Shown here: positions 39,066 to 52,121 of the stretch, piece by piece
How the letters are laid out: each line of letters begins with the position of its first letter
Numbering within the stretch: the first letter of the stretch is position 1
Assembly (NCBI RefSeq): GCF_008831285.2
Contig: NC_045138.2
Span: 41,850,001-41,914,000 of the forward strand
Source: Nymphaea colorata
Lineage: Eukaryota
Direction of reading: 5' to 3'
DNA: 64,000 nucleotides
The notes under the pieces: model-generated
Database searches by the model: none
Told to the model about the DNA's origin: nothing
The model's input: only the letters and a program-made list of their open reading frames with translations
Translations under genes and position numbers: made by a program

Positions 39066-39737
39066 TTGTGTTAGAGAAGAATAGTTTCTTGGGAAGAACT
39101 TGAAAGACAAAAAACATATGAGAATAAATCGAGAAAAGGAAACAAAAATTCAAAATTCTAATGCAGAGAATTAACCAACAGGTTGTTTTCACAAATATCG
39201 ATTTATTTGTTGTGTTGTGCCCCATAGTTTGGGGCATGTTTAGAGGATACTGGTTCAAGTGACCCTGATGGTATTGGCCAGATGGAGATCACATGATTGA
39301 AAATAGTACCTAGGTATTAGGAGCTAAAGGACATAGATGTGTAGCTTGCTGAGATAGATAGCATTAAGAAGACCCAACATGAAAAATGATCGTCCAAGAG
39401 GGCAAGGGCTCTTGGTGTTGACATGGCTCAAGCAGTAAGCATATCATGGTACTCAAAGGTGATTATTGATTGACTACACATCTTGGCAACTTGATACTTA
39501 TTGGTTCTCTGATATGTTCCAGACTTTACTGAAAAAAAAGTGCTTAATGTGACATAAGAGTGAGATGTAATCACCCCAAATTTTTCTAAAGGACTATGAT
39601 GTTTTATCAAAGTGCGAAATTTAAATTTAGGCACAAGATTCAAATTCAAAATACTACTTTCAGATCCAAATTAAATCCAAAATACTACTTTCAAATCCAA
39701 AACCCAAGTTCAGATCCAAATCGATCATTTAAGACTA

Positions 39738-40010
39738 ATTTGTCCTTCCTTTTGACCAAAGAACCTCCTTTTAGAGGGTAATTTTAGTCTTTTTGGGTGG
39801 ATAAGACTCATTTGCCCTTCCTTTTGACCAAAGAACCTCCTTTTAGAGGGTAATTTTAGTCTTTTTGGTTGGACAAGACCCATTTGCCCTTCCTTTTGAC
39901 CAAAGAACCTCCTTTTAGAGGGTAATTTTAGTCTTTTTGGGTGGACAAGACTCATTTGCCCTTCCTTTTGACCAAAAAATCTTCTTTTGGAGGGTGATTT
40001 TAGTCTTTTT
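39738..40010 (+). repeat. 72-bp tandem array (about 3.8 copies) in the solo LTR
   Basis: Unit ATTTGCCCTTCCTTTTGACCAAAGAACCTCCTTTTAGAGGGTAATTTTAGTCTTTTTGGGTGGACAAGACTC. Visible as a 24-aa periodicity in ORF 39725..40087. Confidence 0.95.
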
Positions 40011-40332
40011 AGGTCAAAAAATTTAAATTTTGGGTTTTGGCTCCAAAATCCTCTATAAATACCCTCCATATCCCCCCTCTTGGGCAAGATTGGCTACTGG
40101 GAGAAACTCTAGTGTATTCTCACTTGAAGACTTAGAGTTTCTCTTGACTCTCTCTCCCCCTCTTCCTCTCTCCATATTCCTCTCCAACTTGGAGCAAGCT
40201 ACAACCCTCTTGGAGGCATCATCTTGGAGCTTCACTCAAAGGGGATTTCAAGTGAAGGTGTTTATCTTCCTTAGGTCATTTCTCATTAGAGGTATGTAAT
40301 CATCATCCCTTTCATTTCTTTTTTTTTTTCTC

Positions 40333-41260
40333 TCTCATCTTCATCTCCCCATGGCCAAAGGAGATAACACTCAACCTCTTTTTAGAGACAACAGGCTATG
40401 CTTAAGTGCACCGGGAGCGTAAGAAGATGAGATGATATTTTATTTTATGATTAAATCATGTTCTTTCAAGTATTCTTGTTGTTGTTATTTTTCATTAATA
40501 TGTTCTTATTATTATGCTATCCCTTTTTCTTGAACATAGTTTTGTTGATTTTTTCATTTTCTCTTCTCATCTTCATCTCCTCATGGCCAAAAGAGATAGC
40601 ACTCAACCTCTTTTTAGAGACAAGAGGCTATGCTCAAGTGCACCGAGAGCATGAGAAGATGAGATGATATTTTATTTTATGATCAAATCATGCTCTTTCA
40701 AGTATTCTTGTTGTTGTTGTTCTCTCCCTTCATGAATATATTCTTGTTGTTATTGTTATTTCCTTTCTTCAATATAGTCTTGTTCTTGTTATTTACTTTT
40801 CTCTCTTCCTCCTCTCCCCATGGTCAAAAGAGATAGCAGTCAATCTCTTTTTAGAGACAAGAGGTTATGCTTAAGTGCATTGGGAGCATGGAATGATGAG
40901 ATGATCTTTCATTTCGTGATTGAATCATGCTTTCTCTTTTATTAAATATGGTATTGTTTTTCTTTCTATAATTTCTTATCATCTTCATCTCCCTATGAGT
41001 AAAAGAGGTAGCACTTAATCTCTTTTTAGAGACAAGAGGCTATGCTCAAGTGCACTGGGAGCATAGAAAGATGATATGATCTTTCATTTTAATCATGTTC
41101 TTTCTTTTCATTAATACATTCTTGTTGTTCTTTTGCTTCCTCTTATTTTCCTCTATTCTTTATTTCCCCATGACCAAAGGAGATAGCTCTCAATCTCTAT
41201 TTTAGAGTCAAGAGGCTATACTCAAGTGCATTGGGAACATGAGAAGATGAGGTGACATCA
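40333..41260 (+). repeat. Five ~100-bp conserved units separated by pyrimidine-rich spacers, in the solo LTR
   Basis: Core ATGGCCAAA.GAGATAGCACTCAA.CTCTTTTTAGAGACAAGAGGCTATGCT.AAGTGCA..GGGAGCATGAGAAGATGAGATGA at 40351, 40583, 40820, 40995 and 41170 (spacings 232, 237, 175, 175). Confidence 0.93.
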
Positions 41261-43241
41261 TTTCATAGTTACATCATGTCCTCCCTCCTAATTGAACCTT
41301 GCACTTTCCATAATCATCTTTCTCTCTTTCATTCCTTGAATGTTGTCTATATATTATCCATGCATAGTTGTTTGGTTTGCTACTTATATGTGAATGTATG
41401 GTGGGAATGAGAGTGTGGTTTGGGGACTCTTTATTTTTATATTAATTTTTGAGGTTGGGACTTGTCCAACCCGGGATATACCCTCACGAAAATATACATG
41501 TTAATATGCATTTGCATGTCATTTTATGTTAGTTTCCTTCTTAATCATCTCATTAGGAACCTTAACGAGTGTCTCGTTATGTTGCTTGTTTTCTTCCATA
41601 CCCAACGGTGGAAGAAATATATCCCTTACAACAAACTAAATAATAACATTTTATGCTTATATAAATCATATTTTCTAAAACATTTTCAAAAGGAACCTTC
41701 TAACATGGCCTTAGGAACTTAGCTTAGATTCTTGCATGAGTCCAAGCTCCCCTCCGGCCCACATTAAACTTAAAGTTGGTAATTTTAAGTTGTTCCTTGA
41801 TTTCTAATCTTGTGAAGGTATGGATGTATACACATGTTATATACATCTATGCCAACATGATAACCCCCATCTTTCTCTCTCTATGCTTTTACTTTCCATT
41901 TTATAAATTTTTATATGTGCATGAATACGTATGTACATGTGCTCCATTTCCTCTCTTTCAAATATTTATTCCTATTTTCATGACAAATATCTTCTCTTAT
42001 AAAATGTCTCATACCCATATATATGTGTGATATCTTTCTTTTCCTCTAAAATCTCTCATTCTCTTCAAATCAATACAACTTTTTTTCTTAAGCTTTCATA
42101 TATGTGTATATGTGATGGTATGTACACATGTATGCTTGTCTTTCTCTATCTCTCTCTCTTTCTTTTCATAAGAGTGTTTTATCTCTTGTATTCTTTTTAA
42201 CATTCTCCTCTCACGAACTTTCTATTTACCAACTTCATTAAGACCACAAACCAAGTAATGACCCAATATTGGAATCATGCTTGATGGTCTACAATCCCTA
42301 TCCATTTTCAACAACTTTTCCTTCTTATATACAATAATTATAACAACGAAATCCTAGATGTATGTTGTGGTAGGAACGACTTTAGATGAATGTTGTGGTA
42401 GGAATGTTTTACATTCTTTCAATCATATATGATAAATGCATCCATGCATTCTCACCCACTTTATTTCACTTATGATCACAAGCATCTTTTCAAAAGAACT
42501 TAAGCAAGAAGGAATGGAGCTCTAGCTAGGTGGTAACCGAATTAGAGCAAAATCTCAAACCTACTTAAAGTCTTAAGAGAACACTAAAGTGATTTCAAAA
42601 TGATTTCCCAAGTTTTTCAAATAATATTTACTAGTTACACTTTTTCCTCAAATCATTTCACATTTTCAAGCAACTCTTCAAGAACCTTTTCAAAAGTTTG
42701 AAACTTCAAACTTTCAATATTTTCTACACCGCATATAGAATCAAAAAGATGTTTAAGTTAAAACGAAATGCATCAATGATAAACATAGCCCTTGAGTTGA
42801 TTACCCCCGATAAAGGCGCCAGGAACGGTCGATCCTCGTACCGACGGGCGAGTCCCTTTCTTTCCTCTTTCAAAACAAAAACCTCATTTTTCTGGAGCAC
42901 TCCAAAACCAATGAAAATTTTGAGATGCAAACATGAGAACACTTGAAGTTAGATGAGAGGCAATACACCTAACAAGTCATATAGTTGAGACATGGTAGGT
43001 GTGTCAATCAGATAGATGTTAGTACAATAAGAACAATCAATGATATTGTATCAAATTCTTGCATAGAGAGGGCCAGAAGTCAATTGGTGGACATGGCAAA
43101 ACAAAAAATGATTCATGAAACCTATAGAAAGATTGAATGTGATAGAAGGCAACAAAGGGGCTGCTCATGAATTTTCTCACCTAGGCAGTTGGTCGACGAG
43201 GACATCAACAATTTGATGGTGGGAGAATGTCGTATACTAAT

Positions 43242-43865
43242 TATGCTTGGCCTGACCAAGCAAGCAAGATGGGATACTCATGCAGCCATCTTTGGCATTG
43301 CTTGGGACACAAGTGCAATTCAATCAAACACTCAGTCAAGCAAAAAACAATGTACTTCGGATGTGACCCTATTTGTAAGTTCTCGAGCATAGCGTTAGGC
43401 TGCACAAGGGGTGTGCATGAGTTAGGGTTTAATTCTCCTGGTGGATGCATAGGCTGCATCCACAATTGCATATGTTGGTGCATGGGCAAGGAAGTGAAAG
43501 ATCACCATTAAGTAAAGTGATGGTTGGCCGCTTGGTTAATGACATCTACTTATCAACTGGCTTCAGCGGGGGACTATCTCCCAAAGAAAGTCTTTTACTA
43601 CCTAGATTTCATATGTAGTAGATAGGCACTCAGAAGAATGATAGTGTTCTGACGGGGCCTCATGGTCATAGCTTGCCAATGGCATATTATGGGATAAATC
43701 ATAGGTAATGGTTTGCCGAGTGCCTAGCACTCATCATCTCAACCACGGTTCAATTGAAGAATGTCATCGCGACCTTTAAGGTTTAGCTAGGTTGGCCAAG
43801 GGCTTGTGGCAACCTTCAATGCCATGTGAACCAAGATGACTTGAAAAGTTGGTCCGTGACAGTAA
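43242..43865. repeat. Diverged direct repeat, copy 2 (partner at 38391-39065)
   Basis: Same colinear blocks as copy 1. Confidence 0.8.
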
Positions 43866-44399
43866 TGTTTCAATACATTTAATCTAACACATGTCTTTGA
43901 TAAATAAGATTTATTAATATATTCAACAAGCTCAATTAAACTAAAAACACAAAAGGTTATGCTATTGCATCAATATATTTATACAAAAAATAGGAAGAGT
44001 GAGGTTAACATCTCTTTTCAAAACAAACCTACCCACCTTTTTCAACGTCCTTTCCTTTTTCTAACCACTATCTCTTATCTCTTTTTATTTAATTGTGAAT
44101 ATCAGCACTACATTTACACAGTGGCAATATGTGAATATGAATAAAATGGTAAGAAGAAATATTTGTCCAAATACATTAAAATAGTCAATAGTTTTTCATC
44201 TCATCTATCATCTTTATCTCCCTCATGGATGTTGGGTCAGATCCAGCCTCAACGGAGGACTCAACCCTCCTCACTTCTTTCATTTCAATAAAATAAAATA
44301 AATTTTTCTAAAGTGCTCCAAAGACCAATAGAATTTTTGAGGATGCAAACAATTATATACTACATTAACTTCTGTTGTGGCATAAAATATAATAAAGTC

Positions 44400-46930
44400 A
44401 AATTCTTTAGTATTTTCTTCCATAGGTTTGTATTATGTATTATGTAATTCTTCAAATTTGAGGTCTTATAATGTATTCAACCTAATTGAACCATCTTCCA
44501 AGAATTTAGTTTTATTTGTTTCTACAATATGTGGCAAGTGAGATGGACAGTTAATTTTGTATCCATTCGATCTTTCTAGATAACCAATGAAAAAAACCCT
44601 AGTTGTTCTACAATCAAAGGCATTTATGTGGGGTTTATATAGTATAGCTTTAGTAATGCATCTTTAGTAGAGACTTATTGAGGTAGGGAAGGTCTCTTGT
44701 CTACAACTTATACAAAGTTTCAGATACAGCTTCATTAAGAACCTTATTTAGACTATGTATTACTACCTGAAGAGCTTCTCTCCACAGATGAATATGAATA
44801 GTAGAAAAAATGAACATAAGTCTAACCATTTGTTTAAGCATATGTTTTCTCCTTTCTATTACGCTAATTTGATAGACACTACCAAACATAGTATATTGAG
44901 GTATGATTGTCTGTTTCTTTTAGAAATTATACTAGTGGTTATTCCATTTCTCCAATATCAGTAAATCTACTATAATATTCACTACCTCTATCTTTCATTG
45001 GTTTGTTTCTCTACTTCTTTTTTAAACTCTTTAAAAACTTGACGTATGGCTGATTTCTCACAGATTAAGTTGTGATACATATATCATGAATAGTCATTAA
45101 CAAAAGTGACAAAATATTTTTCATTAGTATAATAGGAAGTAAAGGGTCCACTTACTTCCGTATGGATTATCGCTAGTCTCTTATTACTTTACTAGTGGTT
45201 ATTCCATTTCTCCAATATCAGTAAATCTACTATAATATTCACGGCCTCTATCTGATATAACTATTTTGATTACTTCATTGGTTTGTTTCTCTACTTCTTT
45301 CTTAAACTCTTTAAAAACTTGACGTATGGCTGATTTCTCACAGATTAAGTTGTGATACATATATCATGAATAGTCATCAACAAAAGGGACAAAATACTTT
45401 TCATTAGTATAATAGGAAGTAAAGGGTCCACTTACTTCCGTATGGATTATCGCTAGTCTCCTATTAATTTTTATAGCATCTTCTTTATATGTATTGGTTT
45501 GATTTGCCTTTATACAATCAACAAATGGAACATTATCCATAAAATCTATAGAGTTTAAAATCTATTTATTTACAAGTATATTTATTTTATTTTAAGAGGG
45601 ATGACCTAGTTTGCAGTGCCAGAGCAGCTAAGAGTCGTCATTTATGATACCACGTTTATGGCCAATTAATGCAAATTCAGAACCAATGTTTCTTTGGTTT
45701 TTATGTTTAATTTATACAAATTATCACACAAAAGACCAAAACCAACTTCAGCAAAATCTATATATATATATATATATATATTCATTTTGGTTTTTACAAC
45801 GTTCAATCAAAATCCAAGTCTGTCTAATTTTGATATAGATATGAGGTTTCTATCATATGATGACACAAAAAGTACATCATAAATATCCCAAATGAAACAA
45901 GTATCAAGTATCACTTGGCAAGTCCCAACAACCTTACACATGAACGCATCTTGTTCCTTAAAAAGATGCTTCTTTCATGTGTTGTTGGTTCTCTTCTACT
46001 CCGAAAGTCTTGCAAAGCATTAGCAATATGTATTGTATCACTTGAATCGATTTACCAGCTATTTACAGGAACATGTAATAAATTACATTCATGAGAAACA
46101 AATGACAAATTATTGTTTTTTTTCTAACCATTTCTTTTATTTCATGCAATATGTCTTTCTATGTCCCTTCTTCTTACAAAAGAAGCACTTTATGGGAGCC
46201 AAACTTGATTGCTTTGTTTGAGAAGTATCTTCTCTGATGAGCTTCCTTTTGACACCATTTTCATAAGCTTCTTTCTGGGTCCATACTTGTTAGAGTCCTA
46301 GTGAGAACCTCTGTATGTGCTATGTACCTTTTCACCCTAAAGTCTATCCTCTTCCTCAACACATTCGGACATGAGTTCATTAACCATCCATTGAGTAACA
46401 TGTGTGTTGTAGGATATCTTAAACGGCACATACTCTATCAGTAAAGATGCCTAAATGAAATGCACCAAAAAAGAGTCATATTGTCAACTTCATGTCATTC
46501 AGCTGTGTCGCTATGTTCCTTATTTCCATAATATGCTGACAAATAATACTCCTTCTAGTGTACTTCATGGATATCAATTTAAACATCAAGGTATTGGCTC
46601 TAGCTTTACTAAAGCTAACAAATTGCACCTCAATGGCGTCAACAAACTTTTTCATGGTTCTACATTGTGGAAATACACCTTGTATGCTCTTTGCGACTAT
46701 AGATTGCAGAAACAGCAAATGGTGTTAATTAGAGAGCTTTCACTGTTTAAAAAACATATTTTCCTCATGTGTACTCTGTAGTGTAAGAGTTGCAAACTCC
46801 TTTCGCAATGCCATATCTAAAACCATATACCATAAAGTGAATGTTACAATTTCTTTCAATTCATTGAAATTTGATCCATCAAGAAGAGGGATACAACTAG
46901 AGTCATGCATAAAAACAGAACTAGGCACTC
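44400..46930 (-). mobile_element. Old Ty1/copia remnant (gag, zinc knuckle, integrase fragments)
   Basis: Gag-like IPLLDGSNFNELKEIVTFTLWYMVLDMALRKE and KARANTLMFKLISMKY...HIMEIRNIATQL. Knuckle KCFFCKKKGHRKTYC (~46150-46190). Integrase-like IERRKHMLKQMVRLM...LWREALQVVIHSLNKV..AVSETLYKL. LTRs not resolved. Confidence 0.8.
44930..45460 (+). repeat. Tandem duplication (~250 and ~270 bp copies) inside the copia remnant
   Basis: TACTAGTGGTTATTCCATTTCTCC...GGATTATCGCTAGTCTC occurs at ~44930-45180 and ~45190-45460. The copies are near-identical, and copy 1 lacks about 20 bp. Confidence 0.92.
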
Positions 46931-48654
46931 CAAAAGAATAAAAGACATTTACAAATTGACATGCATTACATGAAACATTGAATGAAAATAGTAAAGTGCA
47001 AGGCCCTTTAATGTTCACAATTTCAAGGCAAATATAATGGGTCATCTAGATATCCCTTTGGTAATATACCTACATGCACACGTATTCCATTTCAATTATA
47101 TTTGGTAAAACTAGAAAAGATCAAACACAACATTAAAAGAAAAACACCTTTGGGTGCGACTAGCTAAATTTTGAAATGCTAATCTTTCTATTTTACCCTC
47201 TTTATTCTCTTGAACATGACATACTACATTTCAGTAGTATAGTCCTTTGTATGAGTTTAAGCACAACTTAAATGTTTATTTTTATTTATAATGAACAGAT
47301 TTCTCAATTAATCATGGTCACTCACTTTGGTAGTATTAAACATGATTCAATTAAAGTTCTACATTTTGAATATCAACATTTCAATTTTCTAACAAGCTTA
47401 ATATAAAATTATTCAATTCATGCAGGACATAGCGTAAAACAAACAGCTAAATTAAATCCTTAGCAGTGAGAGACATTGTGATCTGCTTACTGCTCTGTCT
47501 TTTGTTCATGATATCGTGTATTAATGCTTATCTTTAGCAGTTTTGTACTAGAAACATGATCTTTTTGTAATGCCCATTTTTTTTACCTTGTAAATATTTA
47601 TGTTTTTGGAAATAAAGGCGGGGAACCTAGCTTCCTCTTGTTTGAACATTCTGAAATTTATGGTCTTAGTGTCCTCGATTAATAAAATTTACTCTGGACG
47701 TCAAAATTTCCGTTACTATATTTTCATACATTTTTCACTTAATTATACGGCTGGAATTGGATTTATGAAAAAAAAAATAAAGCATTTAAAAGCATGCGTG
47801 AGAAACATATTTGGAAAAATATATCTTACCTGCTACTTGGTTGTTCACATGATTGCTTGGTTTTAATCCAGATCTTTGGTAAGCATTAACAAGCTTAATC
47901 AGACTAATGTACTTGGATTATCCAAATCACAAAAATTTGTCATGGATTCAAATTTCACAAGGATTCAACAAATTGAATGGTACTCTTGGGTTTTAGATGG
48001 TGTGAATCTTTATCTACTCATAAGTTAATCTGAAGCATTCATGTTTTGACATCTTGATTAAGATTTTTAAAGAAAGGGCTTGATACCGGTAATTTCCTTG
48101 ACAATTAATTAAATTGAAGACTCTAATTGGTTTTATAGAGTGTTTACTATTTATCTACCACTTTGTTGTTCCCTAATTGAATAATGTTTTGCTCGTCTGT
48201 AAGGTCCAGTGATACGAGTGGACGCAAAATCTCTAAATACATTAGCATAAAGAAGTCATTAAAAAATAGATATGTATAAATCAAATTAATTAATGAGTCA
48301 AAATCAATATTTTCACATTCAGTGAAAATAAAAAGTCGCACAAAATCACATATCGACATTAAATCTTCATTATTAATTGTGTCTAGTATTTAAATTCCAA
48401 ATGATTGACCTCATCTATCACATTAACTTTTGAAAAAGGAATCAGCGCCGACAAGGTGGATATGTTAATATTCTATGCATACGGAAACATGAAAGACTGC
48501 TTTGATATTACACAGCCTTATGTTTACGTAAGTCGTTAAATCTAGTATATAAATAAATAAGATTATGTAAAGTGATTATAAAATTTTCCAATTGACTTAT
48601 CCAATAGATCATGTGGTATATTATGTAAGCTATGTTTATAACGTCAACGTCACC

Positions 48655-48767
<113 letters not shown>

Positions 48768-49156
48768 GAAATAATCTGGCCTTCCGGATGCTCATGCTTC
48801 TCAATTCATGCAGCCTGATACAATATGACTAGAGAAATCCATGTCCTATAAAGATAAAAGTGACCACATACTTCGGGCTCACTTCGCCAATTGGTGTACA
48901 AAAGACATGCTGTATTATTTGAGGATTTTTCTTTTGGGTTACGGGTTGAGAGCTCATCCTGATGCCCCGCTGTTTAAAAAGAAAGTTGCAGTATAGGGCC
49001 TCTTTTTGGGTCTTTTGCTGCAGAGGCTGTCACTTCCCCTCTGTTCATATGGAAGCCCGTTAAAACAATGAGCAATAGTTTTTCTTTTTCTTGTTAAAGA
49101 AAAAAAGTCAAGCGTCCGAATGCCTGAACATTGTAGCCCAGCGTGGGGAGGCACAC

Positions 49157-49201
<45 letters not shown>

Positions 49202-51707
49202 CGAGGATTTCTTTGATTTTGCTTTTTAGACATATAACCAAATCTCCTAAATCAGCCATCTGCTGTAGTTAAATTTTTAAAATCTGATGCTAAAGGTCTT
49301 TAGCTATGGTTAATGACATAGCAACGGTTTGTGATGCTTTAGTGGCAATTTCATGATGATTTTAGTGACAGATTTCAAATATTTATTCATCCAGCAGCTC
49401 TTTGATTCCAATTTTCCTTTAAAGCAAATACTAACTTATCGAAAAAAAGTATTGACATGCTCACGGTAAGAAATTCAAGTAATATATATATATATATATA
49501 TATATAAGAGAGATAGAGAGAAAGGGAGAGAAGACGGGTTTCTTGTTTATAGTGAAAAAAATGTCAAACGAGTGCCCTCCACGTCTTCTGGATCCATCGC
49601 AAGCAAGCGGCGATCCCCTTTATATAATTTTCCTCTGAAAGCCTTCTTTTTAACCTGAAATAAGTTTCTGAAAGCATCTTTTCAAATCCATATTTCCAAT
49701 ACATCAAACAGCCCTGGCCCCTAAGGCATTTCCCTTGAAAAATTCCTCAATCATAGAAATTATAGTCCCAATGGCTATTGGTATCAAGAGGTCTGCGGTC
49801 AATCATGAATCCCACGATGCAGTTGATTTCCTCAATTAATGTGAAATGGTTAAGGGGATTGAGGACACAACAGAATGACAGCGAAAAATGTAGAGTTAAA
49901 TGCCAACTGAATTGATCAATTATGTTTTATATTGACTCATCATCAACCGCAAGTTGTTGACAAGTTGCCAATTAGACTGGACCCTCTTTCTTTAAAAAAC
50001 ATTAATTATATACACAATCAATTGCTAAAAAATTATAAGAATTATTTTGGTATTCACGATTGTGGTTCCTGTTTTTTCTCTTTATGTTTAGCTTTTCTTT
50101 CTTTATTGGCTAAACACAATGTTGTAATGAGGAGGATCTCAATCTGCAAAATGCATATTATTGGTGAATGAGAACACCACATATATAAATTATTGCTAAA
50201 AACACTATGAACCATTGTTGTAATATAAAATATTTAAAAAAACTGTTTTTTAACGACGTCCGATAGGTTTAAATTCCCGTTATAATATCCAACATTTATT
50301 TTCAGTGCTTCCACCTTTTCGAAAAAAAAAAAGCACTACGGAACTTAGACGTTGCAGTTTAAGACAACAACATGAGATTAGGTTTGGCAAGTAGCGTCCA
50401 AATTAACTTGAATTGAAGATGTCTTTTTTCTTTAATATGGAGAGTTTTTTTTTTTTAACTTGATCCCAGACATGTACCATGTCCTACTAAAACTACCCTT
50501 TGGTGTAAGACTTCAGGATACCTCCTATCTAATTACCCACTGACAGACAAATTGTCCCATTGAGGACTTTCCGAAAAAATTTTTCCACCCCTCTGGCTGG
50601 AAAAATTTTTTTGAAAATATATTTCCGGAATCACCTCCAACGGTCCAAAATTTTTTTCCATGTTTGATGGATTGGAAAAATTTTAAAAGATTTGAAATAA
50701 ATTTCCTCTGCTACAGTAAATTTCCTGCCCATCAAATGGCCAAACGAAGATTAAAGTAGAGGTGGCCAACGGCCATCTCCGCCCATCAAAAATGACAGAT
50801 CAGGTTACTGAGTAGGCTACCAAGTTGAAAGTGGTTGGCACGGCCAGGCCCACAACTGCCTCCTGACAAGGCTGAACTGTTTATACTGTGCACATAGCTT
50901 TTCTGCCCGCTAAGATTCATCATTCACCTGGACTTTCCAATACATCCACTCCCCCACTCATTCTCTTCCTCACCCTAAGGACAAAATGTTACCCGTCAGG
51001 CAAGCGGCAGGAGATGGGGTGCATCTCCTATTCAATTTCTGCACACATTATTCTTCATCGTATACTCTTTACTGAAACGTTGATATAAAGTATAGGAATC
51101 CATCTCTCCCTCTCTCTTGTGGAGATATTTACATGATTATTGGCTCTAATCTTCTACTACTCTCTTGGTTTTCAACAAGAGAACCAGTTGCGCCCGGGCG
51201 TTGTGGTGATAGCAAATGATGGTACGTAAGACCGTCCACGGTTCGAGGACTGGCATGCAAGGAAGGAACAAAAGTAAGTGCAGACCGAATGCCTGAACGG
51301 AGCTTCTCTCCACTCATATGGAAAACATCGCAGCTATAGAAGGATTCCCTGTTTGGTTCCGGTCATTTGAGCACCTAATCCAAACACCACGCGGGATAGT
51401 TGAAAAGTCGTAACCACTCATTTTATCTGAAAATCAAACACAGCAGAAAGAGTCTGAACCAGCCTATTCCAACCGGACATAAAGGACAGACACATTAGAA
51501 AAGCATGATAAATCTGTACCCTCGACGAAAAATTTTCGCTTCCAAAAAAATTTTGCCCCAACAGAGTACAGGATTGTTGCTAAACAATGTTAACCCGTCG
51601 TACATCAATGGTTACTTGTTCCTCAGGCCCCATCATCTCAGTATCTCACAATTCAATCTTCCGAGAGAATATCTGCTTCTGTTCATATCTGAACTAACTT
51701 GCTCGTC

Positions 51708-51882
51708 TTACAGCTCATCTTTGCTTGATGTATCTTCACCCATGAGTTCTTCGAGAGAAAACTCATCTTCTTCGAGAACCTCACCATCCTTGCCATCCCA
51801 AGGTACTGTTTGTACAATGACTGGAGCATTTTCTAAGGGCAAATTGCCTTTGCCACCACGACCAGCCTCCTTGACAAATTCT
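51708..51882 (-). CDS. PDIL2-3: Protein disulfide isomerase-like (PDIA6/P5 type), last exon
   Basis: TTCCAG acceptor. EFVKEAGRGGKGNLPL...PWDGKDGEVLEEDEFSLEELMG...KDEL* (ER retention signal). Exact paralog name (PDIL2-2 or 2-3) is uncertain. Confidence 0.92.
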
Positions 51883-51974
51883 CTGGAAGTCGACATCATT
51901 CCAAGCACTTTGTCAAGCAGAAAAACAAAAAGATATAAATATGAAAGAGAGCGTTAAAAAAATGCTTTACTTAC

Positions 51975-52121
51975 ACTATATGTTCGAGCTCAAAAGCACT
52001 GCGCAAAGGAGCATATACAGCTTTCTTTACATTGAGAGCTACTAATGCAGGATAGCCATAACCACCAACACCGACCTCCGCCTCAAGAGCAGCCTGTTTG
52101 CCAGCAGCAACCCAAAGATAG
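51975..52121 (-). CDS. PDIL2-3: PDI-like, penultimate exon
   Basis: TTGCAG acceptor and GTAAGT donor. YLWVAAGKQAALEAEVGVGGYGYPALVALNVKKAVYAPLRSAFELEHI. 147 bp, phase consistent. Confidence 0.92.

Larger units (their letters stand above)
39566..42933 (+). mobile_element. Solo LTR (3368 bp), related to the 2123-6367 LTR, probably Tat/Ogre-like gypsy
   Basis: Ends are TGTAATCACCCCAAATTTTTC...GAAAATTTTGAGATGCAAACA. Exact TSD TGAGA at 39561-39565 and 42934-42938. CTATAAATA near 40053. TACCGACGGGCG motif near the 3' end. Confidence 0.85.

Noticed and set aside
39725..40087. 120-aa repetitive basic ORF
   Set aside because: It is a translation of the 72-bp LTR array.
40333..41260. CRISPR array or hammerhead-ribozyme retrozyme
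   Set aside because: Eukaryotic LTR context, ~100-bp units, spacers related to each other and no cas genes. No CUGANGA/GAAA hammerhead core seen in the units on either strand.
48075..48092. PBS-like GGCTTGATACC upstream of the old copia remnant
   Set aside because: Too degenerate, and no adjacent LTR pair could be defined.
50540..50745. Possible Tourist-like MITE
   Set aside because: Only one TIR-like end (CCATCAAATGGCC) and internal TTTCC/GGAAA motifs. No partner TIR or TSD.
51505..51957. 150-aa + strand ORF
   Set aside because: Antisense shadow of the last PDI exon and 3' UTR.
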